DNA of 64,000 nucleotides from an uncultured cyanobacterium. Lineage in GTDB: Bacteria > Cyanobacteriota > Cyanobacteriia > Cyanobacteriales > CAWCAG01. The notes under the pieces are model-generated. The model was not told where the DNA came from. It worked only from the letters and a program-made list of their open reading frames with translations, and did no database searches. Shown here piece after piece: positions 21,175 through 30,414 of the stretch. Location: NCBI GenBank assembly GCA_963793425.1, contig CAWCAG010000001.1, forward strand, positions 288,001 to 352,000. Direction: 5' to 3'. Positions within the stretch are counted from its first letter, which is position 1. Every line of letters begins with the position of its first letter. Position numbers and translations under genes: made by a program.

Positions 21175-22182
21175 ATGGCCCCAGAAACATTTGACTTTGT
21201 TATCCCTCTTTACCGCATACGTTGGAATACGCAAGCTGTTTTAGAGGGTATTACTACCCATTACCAACCCCGCGCCATCCATGTCATTGCCCCTGGCTTT
21301 GAAGCGCGATCTCTAGCTGAAGCAGCTCAGGAATGGGACATTGCCCCTCTCCATAGCTATGAGGAAGAAACATTCTTTGGCAAGAGCGATCTTACCAAAG
21401 AAAAAATCTGTGCAGAACTTGATTTAGAGTTATCTCTTTATACTCCCGGTTGGTTTTATCAACAGTTATTAAAGCTGGGTGCATTTGAAGGTATTGAGGA
21501 GTTGAGTGAATGGTATGTTGTCTGGGATAGTGATTTACTTCCTGTAAATGCTTGGCCCCTCATTCATGAGAAGGATTCAAAGCTTCAACATACCTTTGCC
21601 CTGATTCAAAACAACGGCTGGGGTAATGCTAACATTGTCTCAAAATGGGATAAGTGGATTTCCTCAGTACTTGGGGTCAAACCTCTCACTGACAAAGAAG
21701 GCAGCTTTGTTCCCCATCATATGTGGTTCAAGCAGGAGCATCTCAAGTCATTTAAACACCAGGTGAACAGATACTACGAATCACAAGATCACTGGCTATT
21801 GTTGATGATGGGTTCAGCTAACGAGTTTGGTACTTTTAGCGAATATTGGTCTTATGTTTCTTGGGTGGCTGCGATCGCCCCCAACGACCTAGCTTTCTAT
21901 CCCTATAAGCAATATGGAGAGACGACTGAACGATTTTTTGATGATGGCACAGGTTTGTTTTCTGCGGCATTGAGGCGTTATCAATCCCTAACATCTCAAC
22001 CTTCCCAGGATAGCTTTTCCCCTTCCTATCAAGAGGTATCCTCCTTTATTCGGGAAGAGTATGGAGAAGATAAAATGCCCTCCTCTTTGTCTTTTGAAAG
22101 CAGTCCCCGACATCTGAAGAAGAACAAAGAGAATATGCACATTGAAGAATTGCGCTCTCGTTGGAATCCACGGGATGACTGA
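21175..22182 (+). CDS. Hypothetical protein, GT-A-like (DUF6492-like) putative nucleotide-sugar transferase
   Basis: DFVIP N-terminal strand, GWFYQQLLKL, YVVWDSD (DxD), FSEY; starts 20 nt after the cyclase stop. Confidence 0.6.
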   Translation: MAPETFDFVIPLYRIRWNTQAVLEGITTHYQPRAIHVIAPGFEARSLAEAAQEWDIAPLHSYEEETFFGKSDLTKEKICAELDLELSLYTPGWFYQQLLKLGAFEGIEELSEWYVVWDSDLLPVNAWPLIHEKDSKLQHTFALIQNNGWGNANIVSKWDKWISSVLGVKPLTDKEGSFVPHHMWFKQEHLKSFKHQVNRYYESQDHWLLLMMGSANEFGTFSEYWSYVSWVAAIAPNDLAFYPYKQYGETTERFFDDGTGLFSAALRRYQSLTSQPSQDSFSPSYQEVSSFIREEYGEDKMPSSLSFESSPRHLKKNKENMHIEELRSRWNPRDD

Positions 22183-22290
22183 TTGCCGTATCTTTGAGTT
22201 AGGGCAGGAATAAGGCTGTCTCTAATCATGTTTCATTATCCCAGTCAGATGGTTGGTAGTTGAACTCAATTAAGAGCAAGTGGTAGTCAT

Positions 22291-23124
22291 CTAAAGTTGG
22301 CCTGGATCTACTCCTAGCTCACGTAATTTAGCAGCCAATAGTTCTGCTCTAGCTTTTTCCTGCTCGGCCCTGGCTTTTTCTTCCTCTGCTCTAGTTTTTT
22401 CCTGCTCGGCCCTGGCTTTTTCTTCCTCTGCTCTAGCTTTTTCTACCTCCACTTGTTCACTACTCCACAGCAAAAGATTTCCCTCACTGTCCCACCATCT
22501 CAGCCAGTTGATGTTTTGCCCTAATCTCTCACCATGCCATATTCCTAAAAATAGCTCTAATTCTGGTATCCACCATCTGCTATTCTCGTCTGCTTCCTGC
22601 ACCACATAACTGCCTTCGGTAAGAATCCTTACTTCTAAGCTCATCTCTTGAGGGTCATAGGTTATGTATGTGGGAACCTCTAGAATCTGCTCATAGAAGT
22701 AAAGCTTTCCATAGGGAGGGGTAGAACGTATTGATAACTCTCCACAATCTGTTTCTGAGAGAAATTCCATCACTACTGCTACTGGTTCTCCTTGTAGGTT
22801 AGGAGTATAACTACGACGAACTACTTCTGGTGCTACTAAATTTACTTGGGGAACGTAAAACCAATCTGGAGCTTTAATTACGGTTTTGTTTCTTACTGTG
22901 GCTACTAGCCCAAAGTTAGAGCCGATGAGCATTTGCGCCTCGATACCCCCTGCTGCTCCTAAAGCATCGGTGAGGGCCGCTGCTAAGGGAGGTTGCTGAA
23001 TGTTTTCCACTGGTTCATCTGGTAATACGAAGTCTTCTGGGAGTGCTTCCCAGGTGACATTGAGTTTTTTCGGAGTTGGTTGAGTCGGTTGAGCTTTTTG
23101 GGCTGGTTGAAGTTGTTGAACCAC
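22291..23124 (-). CDS. Uma2/DUF820-family endonuclease-like protein with coiled-coil tail
   Basis: KAPDWFYV, VMEFLS, KLYFYEQIL, WLRWWD; heptad (EEEKARA/EQEKARA) repeats, 21-nt units at ~22345-22445. Confidence 0.9.
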   Translation of the reverse strand: MVQQLQPAQKAQPTQPTPKKLNVTWEALPEDFVLPDEPVENIQQPPLAAALTDALGAAGGIEAQMLIGSNFGLVATVRNKTVIKAPDWFYVPQVNLVAPEVVRRSYTPNLQGEPVAVVMEFLSETDCGELSIRSTPPYGKLYFYEQILEVPTYITYDPQEMSLEVRILTEGSYVVQEADENSRWWIPELELFLGIWHGERLGQNINWLRWWDSEGNLLLWSSEQVEVEKARAEEEKARAEQEKTRAEEEKARAEQEKARAELLAAKLRELGVDPGQL

Positions 23125-23197
23125 GGAACTACACCAAAGTTTTTAAGTATGGTCTGAATTCTTCTATGTTTTATTTTAAGGGAACTCTTTAACTACT

Positions 23198-23278
23198 ACA
23201 GGACTTACGCAAAAGACATAGAAATAGGTACTCGGAACAATTTCACTTTATGGTTTTTTCTTACTGCGTAAGTCCTGT
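23198..23278. mobile_element. MITE-like element with perfect 14-bp terminal inverted repeats
   Basis: ACAGGACTTACGCA (23198-23211) ... TGCGTAAGTCCTGT (23265-23278); a lone similar end TGCGTAAGTCCTA at ~56285. Confidence 0.7.
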
Positions 23279-23908
23279 TTATTCAAAATCAATAATCGGC
23301 CCTTTGGCAACTAAACCGCTGGGGTTAATGTGGGGATGGCTTTCGTAGTAGTGGCGTTTTATGTGGGTATGGTTGCAAGTTTCTTTAACCCCAGGGTGCT
23401 GATACAAATCCTTAAGATAATTCCAAAGGTGAGGATAATCCCAAATATGACGAAGATTGCATTTAAAATGAACGTAATAAACTTGGTCAAATCGTAACAA
23501 AGTGGTGAACAAACAAAAATCTGCTTCTGTTAAGCGATCGCCACATAAATATCTTTGCTTTCCCAAAACTTCCTCCCAAGCATCTAAAGCAGAAAATAGT
23601 TCTGTTACTGCTTCTTCATAGGCTGTTTGAGAAGAGGCAAATCCAGCCCGATAAACGCCATTGTTAATCGGTTGATAAATTGCATCCATCAAACCCTTTA
23701 ACTTACGTAGCAATAGGGTACGATGGGCCCAAGGACAGGCATAGGAAACATAGAGATGATAGCGCCCAACTTCGGCTTTAAAGCCACTTGAACCTTCTGC
23801 TGTGATGGAATCGCGGAAAGTGGTAGGATTACGCTTAAATCGTCCCTGAGAGTCTTTTTGATACTTTTCGTGATTCCATTTACCCTCAATGAGCATTCCT
23901 GTGGCCAT
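23279..23908 (-). pseudogene. Glutathionyl-hydroquinone reductase (YqjG/ECM4 GST family) with in-frame internal deletion
   Basis: YHLYVSYACPWAHR is followed almost at once by INNGVYRAGFA; the family TVPVLWD/NNES segment is absent; only 209 aa. Confidence 0.75.
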
Positions 23909-24058
23909 AGCTTTTATTAATTATTCAGTTATCAGTTGTCAGTTATCAATGATACCTAATAGGGAGATGGGGGAAGGGAATGATCTTTTCCTTGAAATTA
24001 GAAAAATTGCCAAAAAATCAGTAATATAACTAAGAAATATTATGATTCAACTTTATAG

Positions 24059-24955
24059 ATGGTGCTACGTAATCCCCCTAGTCCTCAACAATTATATTAC
24101 TGGATAGCTAAGGGAAAACCACAGTTTAAAACAAATAAGCTAAAGCTAAACTATAGACAGAAAAGATATTTTATTACTTTTAAAAAATGCTTACAAACAA
24201 GCGTTTATCATTGCTTAAAGTTGATTTTTATCCTAATCTTATTTAGCCAAGTTTTTTCTCATTTTTCTTTTGCTAATGATGGCAAAGTAATCAGAATACC
24301 CGCAGAAAACTTAGCTGAGCATGGTTTGACACCCACCAGTCAAATCTTTTTTATTCACGGTATCGTCAAAGATGATATTAATCAAAGATTTGGGGTAGAA
24401 CTTTCTAAGAAGATTAATTCTACTATTACTGTTATTAATAATGGTTCTTCCTGTCGGAATAATGATTCATCTTGCCGCAAATTAGGAGATTTCTCTAAGG
24501 CTTTCTTAAACCGTTTTGGTAATAGGCTACTCGGACGAGGCAATGAACCAATTATCAAGAGTGTTAAGCAACAATTGAGATTAGCATTAAACAATTCTCA
24601 ACACCAAGAAATTGTCGCCATCGCCCATAGTGAAGGAGGATTAATTCTTGAGGCCGCTATTAGCGATTTAAGCCTGGATTCTCGCCTCAAACTTGATAAA
24701 CTTAAAGTTGTCTTGATGGGGAGTCCTTTACATGAAGCTAAAATTGCTAATTTAAGCAATAAAGTAGGAGAATTGCAAATCTTCTCCAACCCTCAAGATC
24801 CAATCATTTGTTTGCAAAAAAACATTTGGCGTTGGTCAAGTTGGTTTGGTACAAATCCTGAAGTTAAAGACTGTGTACAAAATAGCGATCGCACTCAACA
24901 TTTAGACAGTGCTTATTTTAGTCATCTGGAAAACTATTTAATGAAAAGAAATTAA
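24059..24955 (+). CDS. Putative alpha/beta hydrolase, membrane-anchored or secreted
   Basis: FFIHGI, AHSEGG nucleophile elbow, MGSP, NPQDPI, C-terminal His; hydrophobic segment near residue 55. Confidence 0.6.
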   Translation: MVLRNPPSPQQLYYWIAKGKPQFKTNKLKLNYRQKRYFITFKKCLQTSVYHCLKLIFILILFSQVFSHFSFANDGKVIRIPAENLAEHGLTPTSQIFFIHGIVKDDINQRFGVELSKKINSTITVINNGSSCRNNDSSCRKLGDFSKAFLNRFGNRLLGRGNEPIIKSVKQQLRLALNNSQHQEIVAIAHSEGGLILEAAISDLSLDSRLKLDKLKVVLMGSPLHEAKIANLSNKVGELQIFSNPQDPIICLQKNIWRWSSWFGTNPEVKDCVQNSDRTQHLDSAYFSHLENYLMKRN

Positions 24956-24956
24956 A

Positions 24957-26102
24957 TTACTCTTTTAATTCAGTCAAAATAAATTGGCTGACAGTATTTA
25001 ACCAACTTATGGCTTCGTCTTTAGAAACATTTTGAGGAGGAGTTACAGCAAAAACAATATAATACTTTTCTCCTTCGTCAGTTTCCAGAAAGCTAGTATC
25101 GAGAAAAGTATGAGAAAACAAACCAATTCCACACTTACTAAATAGCTTTCCTATTTGGTTAGCAACTTTTTGGGAAAGTGGTTCTAAAAAGCGACAAAAT
25201 GTATCTTCGTTACTGAACCCTGCTTGTTGAGGGGTTTGTGACATGATCTCTTGCAACCAAAGCCAATCTTCTTCCCTTAAATCAAATTGCTCTTCTGGTG
25301 AAAAAACATCAGGTTGAACTAATCGCATTAAAACCTCTGCTAAGTCAGTTGCACTAACACAGTTTCCTAACTTTTCCCCTATTTCAAAACAAGAGAAGTC
25401 CTGAGATACGTTTTGTTGAGGAGATGTAGTGATTTTAGCTTGGAAACGGAGTTCAAAAGCGGGAGAATCTATAAGTGTACCTTGATTCAACATTAAACGA
25501 TTAACAGAAAAGTTGTTTAATCCTTTAACTCGCATTCTTGAGTTAAGATTCTCAAATCCTAAAAACATAATTAGCCGATTGGTTGCTTCATTACTAGAAA
25601 CTACTAAAGCTTGCTTAATATCTTCACTAATAGAATACCAAGAAGAAGTCCCTGAAATACGATACTCTGCTTCTTTTGGTAAGTTCATTTGCTTTAGCTG
25701 TTCTAAAACCAAGGCGGAAATTCCTACTTTAACAGTAGAAGCAGGATTGAAAAAACCAGCATCTTCACTATCTTGTATCTGGTTTTCATTGGTATCTTGG
25801 TAAATAGCTTGATGATAATAATAGTCAAATTGAGGAGGAGTTTGAGACTCATTCACCTTAATGAAAAGAGCTTTGCCGTTCCAGTTTTTCATCTGCTCAC
25901 TAAAATTCCCCTGCTCTAAAATCACCCCTAATTTTGTCAAATTACTTTTTACCTTACGTTCAGAAAATTTTGCCTCAACTTGATTATTTCTTGTTGAAGA
26001 AGTGACAACTTCCGACTGTTGTTTTGAGGTTTGAGGAGATGTTTGGCTACAACCACCCAAAAAAGATACTAATAACAGCAAAGCTAGATATTTCCTAATC
26101 AT
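24957..26102 (-). CDS. Lipoprotein serine hydrolase, class A beta-lactamase/PBP-like
   Basis: Lipobox-like LGGC; FNPASTVK (SxxK), SSN, KCG. Confidence 0.75.
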   Translation of the reverse strand: MIRKYLALLLLVSFLGGCSQTSPQTSKQQSEVVTSSTRNNQVEAKFSERKVKSNLTKLGVILEQGNFSEQMKNWNGKALFIKVNESQTPPQFDYYYHQAIYQDTNENQIQDSEDAGFFNPASTVKVGISALVLEQLKQMNLPKEAEYRISGTSSWYSISEDIKQALVVSSNEATNRLIMFLGFENLNSRMRVKGLNNFSVNRLMLNQGTLIDSPAFELRFQAKITTSPQQNVSQDFSCFEIGEKLGNCVSATDLAEVLMRLVQPDVFSPEEQFDLREEDWLWLQEIMSQTPQQAGFSNEDTFCRFLEPLSQKVANQIGKLFSKCGIGLFSHTFLDTSFLETDEGEKYYIVFAVTPPQNVSKDEAISWLNTVSQFILTELKE

Positions 26103-26104
26103 AG

Positions 26105-27703
26105 CTATCCCGGATAAGTGTTAATTTCCCACTGCCTTGTACCCATAGGACAATCTGAACCTAAATTGTTAATATCCCACTGAACATAAGCATTGTTGTT
26201 ATTTTTCCAAGTAACAGTGAAGTCACCATTACAGTAACCTGCTCCTCCGGACAGTGCAAAATTCCCTCGCAAAGTATCTCCGTTTCCGCAGCCCCCTGTT
26301 TGGGGGGAAGGAATTGTTACTGTTCCTGTCAGAGGTGGTTTATCATAGCCAAACACAGTTTGTACAGAGTTGAGTTGGCTAGTACCAAAGCAAATTTGGT
26401 CTAAGTTGGCAATCCTGGTTAAATTACTTTGGGAGCGCCAAACTCGGTTAGTTGGCTTAGGAGTAGAGGCAGGAGGAGGTGGAGGGGAAGAAGGAGTTTG
26501 AGGAGATGGGGAAACATTATTAGATTCTGGGGCTGGCACTTTTTCCGAAGGAGATGGAGCAACTTGAGGAGACTCTTCCTCCTCTTCAAGAGATTCTACA
26601 ACTTCTGCTTCCTCAGTACTATCTTCATCTGAAGAAATAGAGGCTACATCGACATCCGCAGAATTATTTCCACTTAAGCCTAAGCCGATAATAATGGAGC
26701 CAGAAACTACCGCCACAGCTAAGGTAATTAAGCCTACCATTAAACCTTTCTGAGAACCTGTTGCAGTTATTTCAGTGGGGGTAGAGATATCTGTAGGGGG
26801 CGGCAGTGTTGGGGGAGAAGTTACCGTAGGAATTGAAACAGGAGTTGCTACTTGAGGTGAGGCAACCGTAGGGGGAGTGGTAGTTTCTCCTTGAAGTGCA
26901 GACAATATCGCTTTAGCACTGGGGAAGCGATCCCGTGGGTGAGACATGACTGTTTTGTCTAACACCGTAGCAAAATCTGCACTAATGGGCTGCACTTCCT
27001 GTTGCCAAATAATCTCTCCGGTTTGAGGATCTGTGGTTAACTCTTGTGGCATTTTGCCACTAAGGAGATAAATTGCTGTTAACCCCAAGGCATATAAGTC
27101 GCTGGAAAATACTGGTCTACCAGCAGCCTGTTCACTGGGCATAAAGCCGGGAGTACCGATAATAATAGAGCTAGTGGTGTTTCCTTGAGAATTTACCGCA
27201 GTTCCCATCGTCTCCCTGACTGCCCCAAAGTCAATTAGCACAGGCAAGTTATCACCAGAGCGTAGCATAATATTCTCTGGTTTTATGTCTCGGTGAACTA
27301 TTCCTTGGCTGTGTACATAGTCCAACACAGGCAAAACATTGAGCATGATTTGCTGCACCGACTGCTCATTCTGCAAGCCCTGTTGTTGCAACCAGGTGCT
27401 TAAATCTACACCATCAACCCATTCCTGCACTAAATAAAATTGCCCTCCTTCAGAGAAATAGGCGTAAAGTTCAGGAATTTGCTCATTACCTTTACCAAGT
27501 TGCTCTAAGATTGCTGCTTCCCTCTGGAAACGTTCCTGCACCAACTGATAAACTTGTGGGTCATTAACTATAGGCTTAAGCTGTTTAATGACGCAACGAC
27601 GGGCTGAGGGCATATGAATATCTTCTGCGAGAAAAGTCTGCCCAAAGCCTCCGTGACCGAGATTTTTGATTGGTTGGTAGCGATTGTTGAGTATTTGTGA
27701 CAT
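26105..27703 (-). CDS. Membrane Ser/Thr protein kinase with extracytoplasmic domain
   Basis: LGHGGFG, VIKQL, HRDIKPEN, DFG, GTPGFMPSEQ; TM helix; Pro-rich linker; Cys-containing C-terminal domain. Confidence 0.93.
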   Translation of the reverse strand: MSQILNNRYQPIKNLGHGGFGQTFLAEDIHMPSARRCVIKQLKPIVNDPQVYQLVQERFQREAAILEQLGKGNEQIPELYAYFSEGGQFYLVQEWVDGVDLSTWLQQQGLQNEQSVQQIMLNVLPVLDYVHSQGIVHRDIKPENIMLRSGDNLPVLIDFGAVRETMGTAVNSQGNTTSSIIIGTPGFMPSEQAAGRPVFSSDLYALGLTAIYLLSGKMPQELTTDPQTGEIIWQQEVQPISADFATVLDKTVMSHPRDRFPSAKAILSALQGETTTPPTVASPQVATPVSIPTVTSPPTLPPPTDISTPTEITATGSQKGLMVGLITLAVAVVSGSIIIGLGLSGNNSADVDVASISSDEDSTEEAEVVESLEEEEESPQVAPSPSEKVPAPESNNVSPSPQTPSSPPPPPASTPKPTNRVWRSQSNLTRIANLDQICFGTSQLNSVQTVFGYDKPPLTGTVTIPSPQTGGCGNGDTLRGNFALSGGAGYCNGDFTVTWKNNNNAYVQWDINNLGSDCPMGTRQWEINTYPG

Positions 27704-27880
27704 GGGAGTATTTCTATAACTAGCTCATATATAGTCAAACGTTCACAGATTTTTTATAGAGCAGATGCCAGCTAAAATTCCCTTCTGAAGAAAGATGTGT
27801 TTTAGTAAACAGTATAAACTATGGTTTCCAGAAAACTGGGTAACAGAAAATTGTTCTAACTCTATGTGCTACTGCTATAT

Positions 27881-28171
27881 TTAGCTATTTAGCTTCTGTT
27901 TGAATAATGGGAGTAACTCTTCATAGCACTTCAGAAACGCGAAGTCACCACCATGCCGAGATGCACGGGCTGCGAAAAATAGTTCGTTACGTAGTTCAGT
28001 AAGAGTTGCCCTCGATTGAAGCTTAGCGGTTTCACAACACTTTTCAAAGGAACCAAAGTGTTCAAAACCGTTAAAAGTCATTGCGAAGCAGAATACAGCC
28101 GAGCGATCCGATAGTTCCGGCAAATCCGAAACGGAAAGATCCTCGTTTCTAATTTGTGTAGGTTCTTCCAA
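27881..28171 (-). CDS. Small hypothetical protein
   Basis: 96-aa ORF (TTG start) filling the intergenic gap; FAMTFNGFEHFGSFEKC and LTELRNELFF look protein-like. Confidence 0.6.
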   Translation of the reverse strand: MEEPTQIRNEDLSVSDLPELSDRSAVFCFAMTFNGFEHFGSFEKCCETAKLQSRATLTELRNELFFAARASRHGGDFAFLKCYEELLPLFKQKLNS

Positions 28172-28245
28172 GGTAAGTCCAAAATCTAGATGATGTTGAA
28201 GTAGTGTTATGAGACGAATTAACTTGCTTTTTGTTTATTCTACAA

Positions 28246-29613
28246 CTACATCAGGCGTTGCAAACATAAATCTCGAAAATGTTTACCTCGATGTTCAAAA
28301 CTCCGATATTGATCAAAGCTAGCACAAGCAGGAGAAAGTAAGACTACAGATGCGCCTTTTTGTTGAGCAACTTCTAACCCTTTACTTACAGCATTGTTCA
28401 TGGTTTCTACAACTTCGTAGTTTTCATAGCCAAACTGTTGTAATCGTGCTGCAAAATGGGGGGCAGCTTCGCCAATTAATAAGACAAATGCAGCTTTATT
28501 AATAATGGTTTTTAGCCAAGGAGTATCATCTGCTTTTTTCATTTCTCCCCCAGCAATTAAAATAGCTGGAGTTGCTACGGAGTTTAAACCAACTATAGCT
28601 GCATCATAATTAGTTGCTTTACTATCATTAATAAAATCAATTCCGGCAATGGTACAAATGCGTTCTAAGCGGTGAGGAACTCCAGAGAAATTTTCAATTG
28701 CTTTGTTGATAGCAGTTTTATCAACTCCTGCTAACTTTGCTGCTGCTACCGCCATTAAGAGGTTTTGTTGATTATGTTCTCCTACCATTTTTAAGGATTT
28801 AATCGGTAAGATTTTTTCTCCGAAAGCTATTACCCAATCATCTTCAAGATAAACACCTTTTTCGGGGTTGCATAATAGTTGACTTTTGCCTTTAATACTA
28901 GTCCAACAAGCATTTGGCCAACTTTCTCTACCTTTATTTCTTAAATAGGGATCATCACCATTAATTATTTGTTGCTGACAACGCTTAAGTAAATTAGCTT
29001 TGATATTGTAGTAATTTTCTAGGGTGTAATGGCGCTTGAGATGATCGGGGGTTAAGGTTGTGAAAATACCAATTTGCGGTGCAAGTTCCCTGGAAGATTC
29101 AATTTGATAACTGCTAATTTCAGCAATGATCCAATCAGGCTTTGCAGACTCAAAATGGGTTTTGATGCCTAAATCGCAGGCTGCATAACCAATGTTACCG
29201 CAAGCAGGGGCAGATAACCCCGCAGCTTGGAAAATAGCAGCGGTTAGGGCAGTGGTGGTGGTTTTACCATTAGTTCCGGTGATGCCTACCCAAGGGGAAG
29301 AGTTAAGGTAACGCCAAGCCAATTCCATTTCACCAATGGTATCAATACCTTTACTTCTTGCTTCTACCAATAAAGGAATGTCCCAAGCTACTCCGGGACT
29401 TACTACCAATAAATCTGGTAGTTGTGTTTCCTCTAAGCTGGGGGTATGCCCCAATTTGACAGAAATACCTTCTTCTTCTAAAGCTTGCTTCTTTGCCTCT
29501 AAGGTAGGGGAGCTATTACCATCGCTTAACTCCACTTCCCAACCCTTAAGTTTCAACAACCGTGCTGAAGTTGTTCCTGATCTACCTAACCCAATAATGT
29601 AAGCTTGAACCAT
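28246..29613 (-). CDS. murD: UDP-N-acetylmuramoyl-L-alanine--D-glutamate ligase
   Basis: GLGRSG, VVSPG, ITGTNGKTTT, EISSYQ, NDSKATN, LLSPACASFDQY; ATG at 29613. Confidence 0.97.
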   Translation of the reverse strand: MVQAYIIGLGRSGTTSARLLKLKGWEVELSDGNSSPTLEAKKQALEEEGISVKLGHTPSLEETQLPDLLVVSPGVAWDIPLLVEARSKGIDTIGEMELAWRYLNSSPWVGITGTNGKTTTTALTAAIFQAAGLSAPACGNIGYAACDLGIKTHFESAKPDWIIAEISSYQIESSRELAPQIGIFTTLTPDHLKRHYTLENYYNIKANLLKRCQQQIINGDDPYLRNKGRESWPNACWTSIKGKSQLLCNPEKGVYLEDDWVIAFGEKILPIKSLKMVGEHNQQNLLMAVAAAKLAGVDKTAINKAIENFSGVPHRLERICTIAGIDFINDSKATNYDAAIVGLNSVATPAILIAGGEMKKADDTPWLKTIINKAAFVLLIGEAAPHFAARLQQFGYENYEVVETMNNAVSKGLEVAQQKGASVVLLSPACASFDQYRSFEHRGKHFRDLCLQRLM

Positions 29614-29668
29614 AAAATCTGATTGCCACAAGTTTTTAGCATTTTACAATAAGGTTTTTGTTTACTCC

Positions 29669-30214
29669 CTACAAAACTAATTCTTTTTCTAAAAATTCTA
29701 TAGCTTCCTGACACCAACCAATATAATTCTCTTCGTAGCGAATACCTTGGCGTAGGGTTAGGTATTGGCATTTGTGAGGAAAAGATAGTTGGTGAGGTTG
29801 AGGAAAATTTTGTTGGGCAATGCCTTTATACACATCTAATTGACGCTTATGTAATTGGCGATGACGTTCTAACTCTCGGATCAGAATTTGTGGCTTAACC
29901 AGATAGCCTGCAAATAATTTAACCAAAACTTCTTCTTTGTGGGGGCTAACTTTGCCTGGTTTAGCTATCCACTCAATAATTTTTTCTTTACCTAATTTGG
30001 TTAAAGAGTAAATTTTTTTGTTGGGACGACCTTCTTGAGTTATGGTTTCAGCAAAGATCCAGCTTTTTTCCTCTAACTTATTTAACTCTCGATAAATTTG
30101 CTGGTGGCTTGCTTGCCAAAAAAAACTCACTGAGGAATCAAACTTTTTAGCGATGTCGTAGCCGCTAGCTGGCTCGTCGGTTAAGGTGGCTAAGATGGCA
30201 TAGGTTAGACTCAT
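29669..30214 (-). CDS. PadR-family transcriptional regulator
   Basis: SGYDI, FFWQASHQQIYREL, RPNKKIYSLT. Confidence 0.93.
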   Translation of the reverse strand: MSLTYAILATLTDEPASGYDIAKKFDSSVSFFWQASHQQIYRELNKLEEKSWIFAETITQEGRPNKKIYSLTKLGKEKIIEWIAKPGKVSPHKEEVLVKLFAGYLVKPQILIRELERHRQLHKRQLDVYKGIAQQNFPQPHQLSFPHKCQYLTLRQGIRYEENYIGWCQEAIEFLEKELVL

Positions 30215-30414
30215 AGTCTAGCAGGAACAGGGAGTAGGGGAGGAATAGTTGCTATGTCTAAAAGTGTGAGGTGTTTATTCTGTCGTTATAGTTGTGGCTA
30301 TTGGTATAATTCAACTCCTCAACATGGCAAAATTCTGCACCTAATTTTAGATATTCACATGGTTGCATAGTATACCATTTGCACAGACCAGAGGGAAAGC
30401 TTAACTGGCAAAAT

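Noticed and set aside
22291..23124. Uma2 protein as a defence or mobile nuclease
   Set aside because: Highly multicopy family in cyanobacteria; no specific context here
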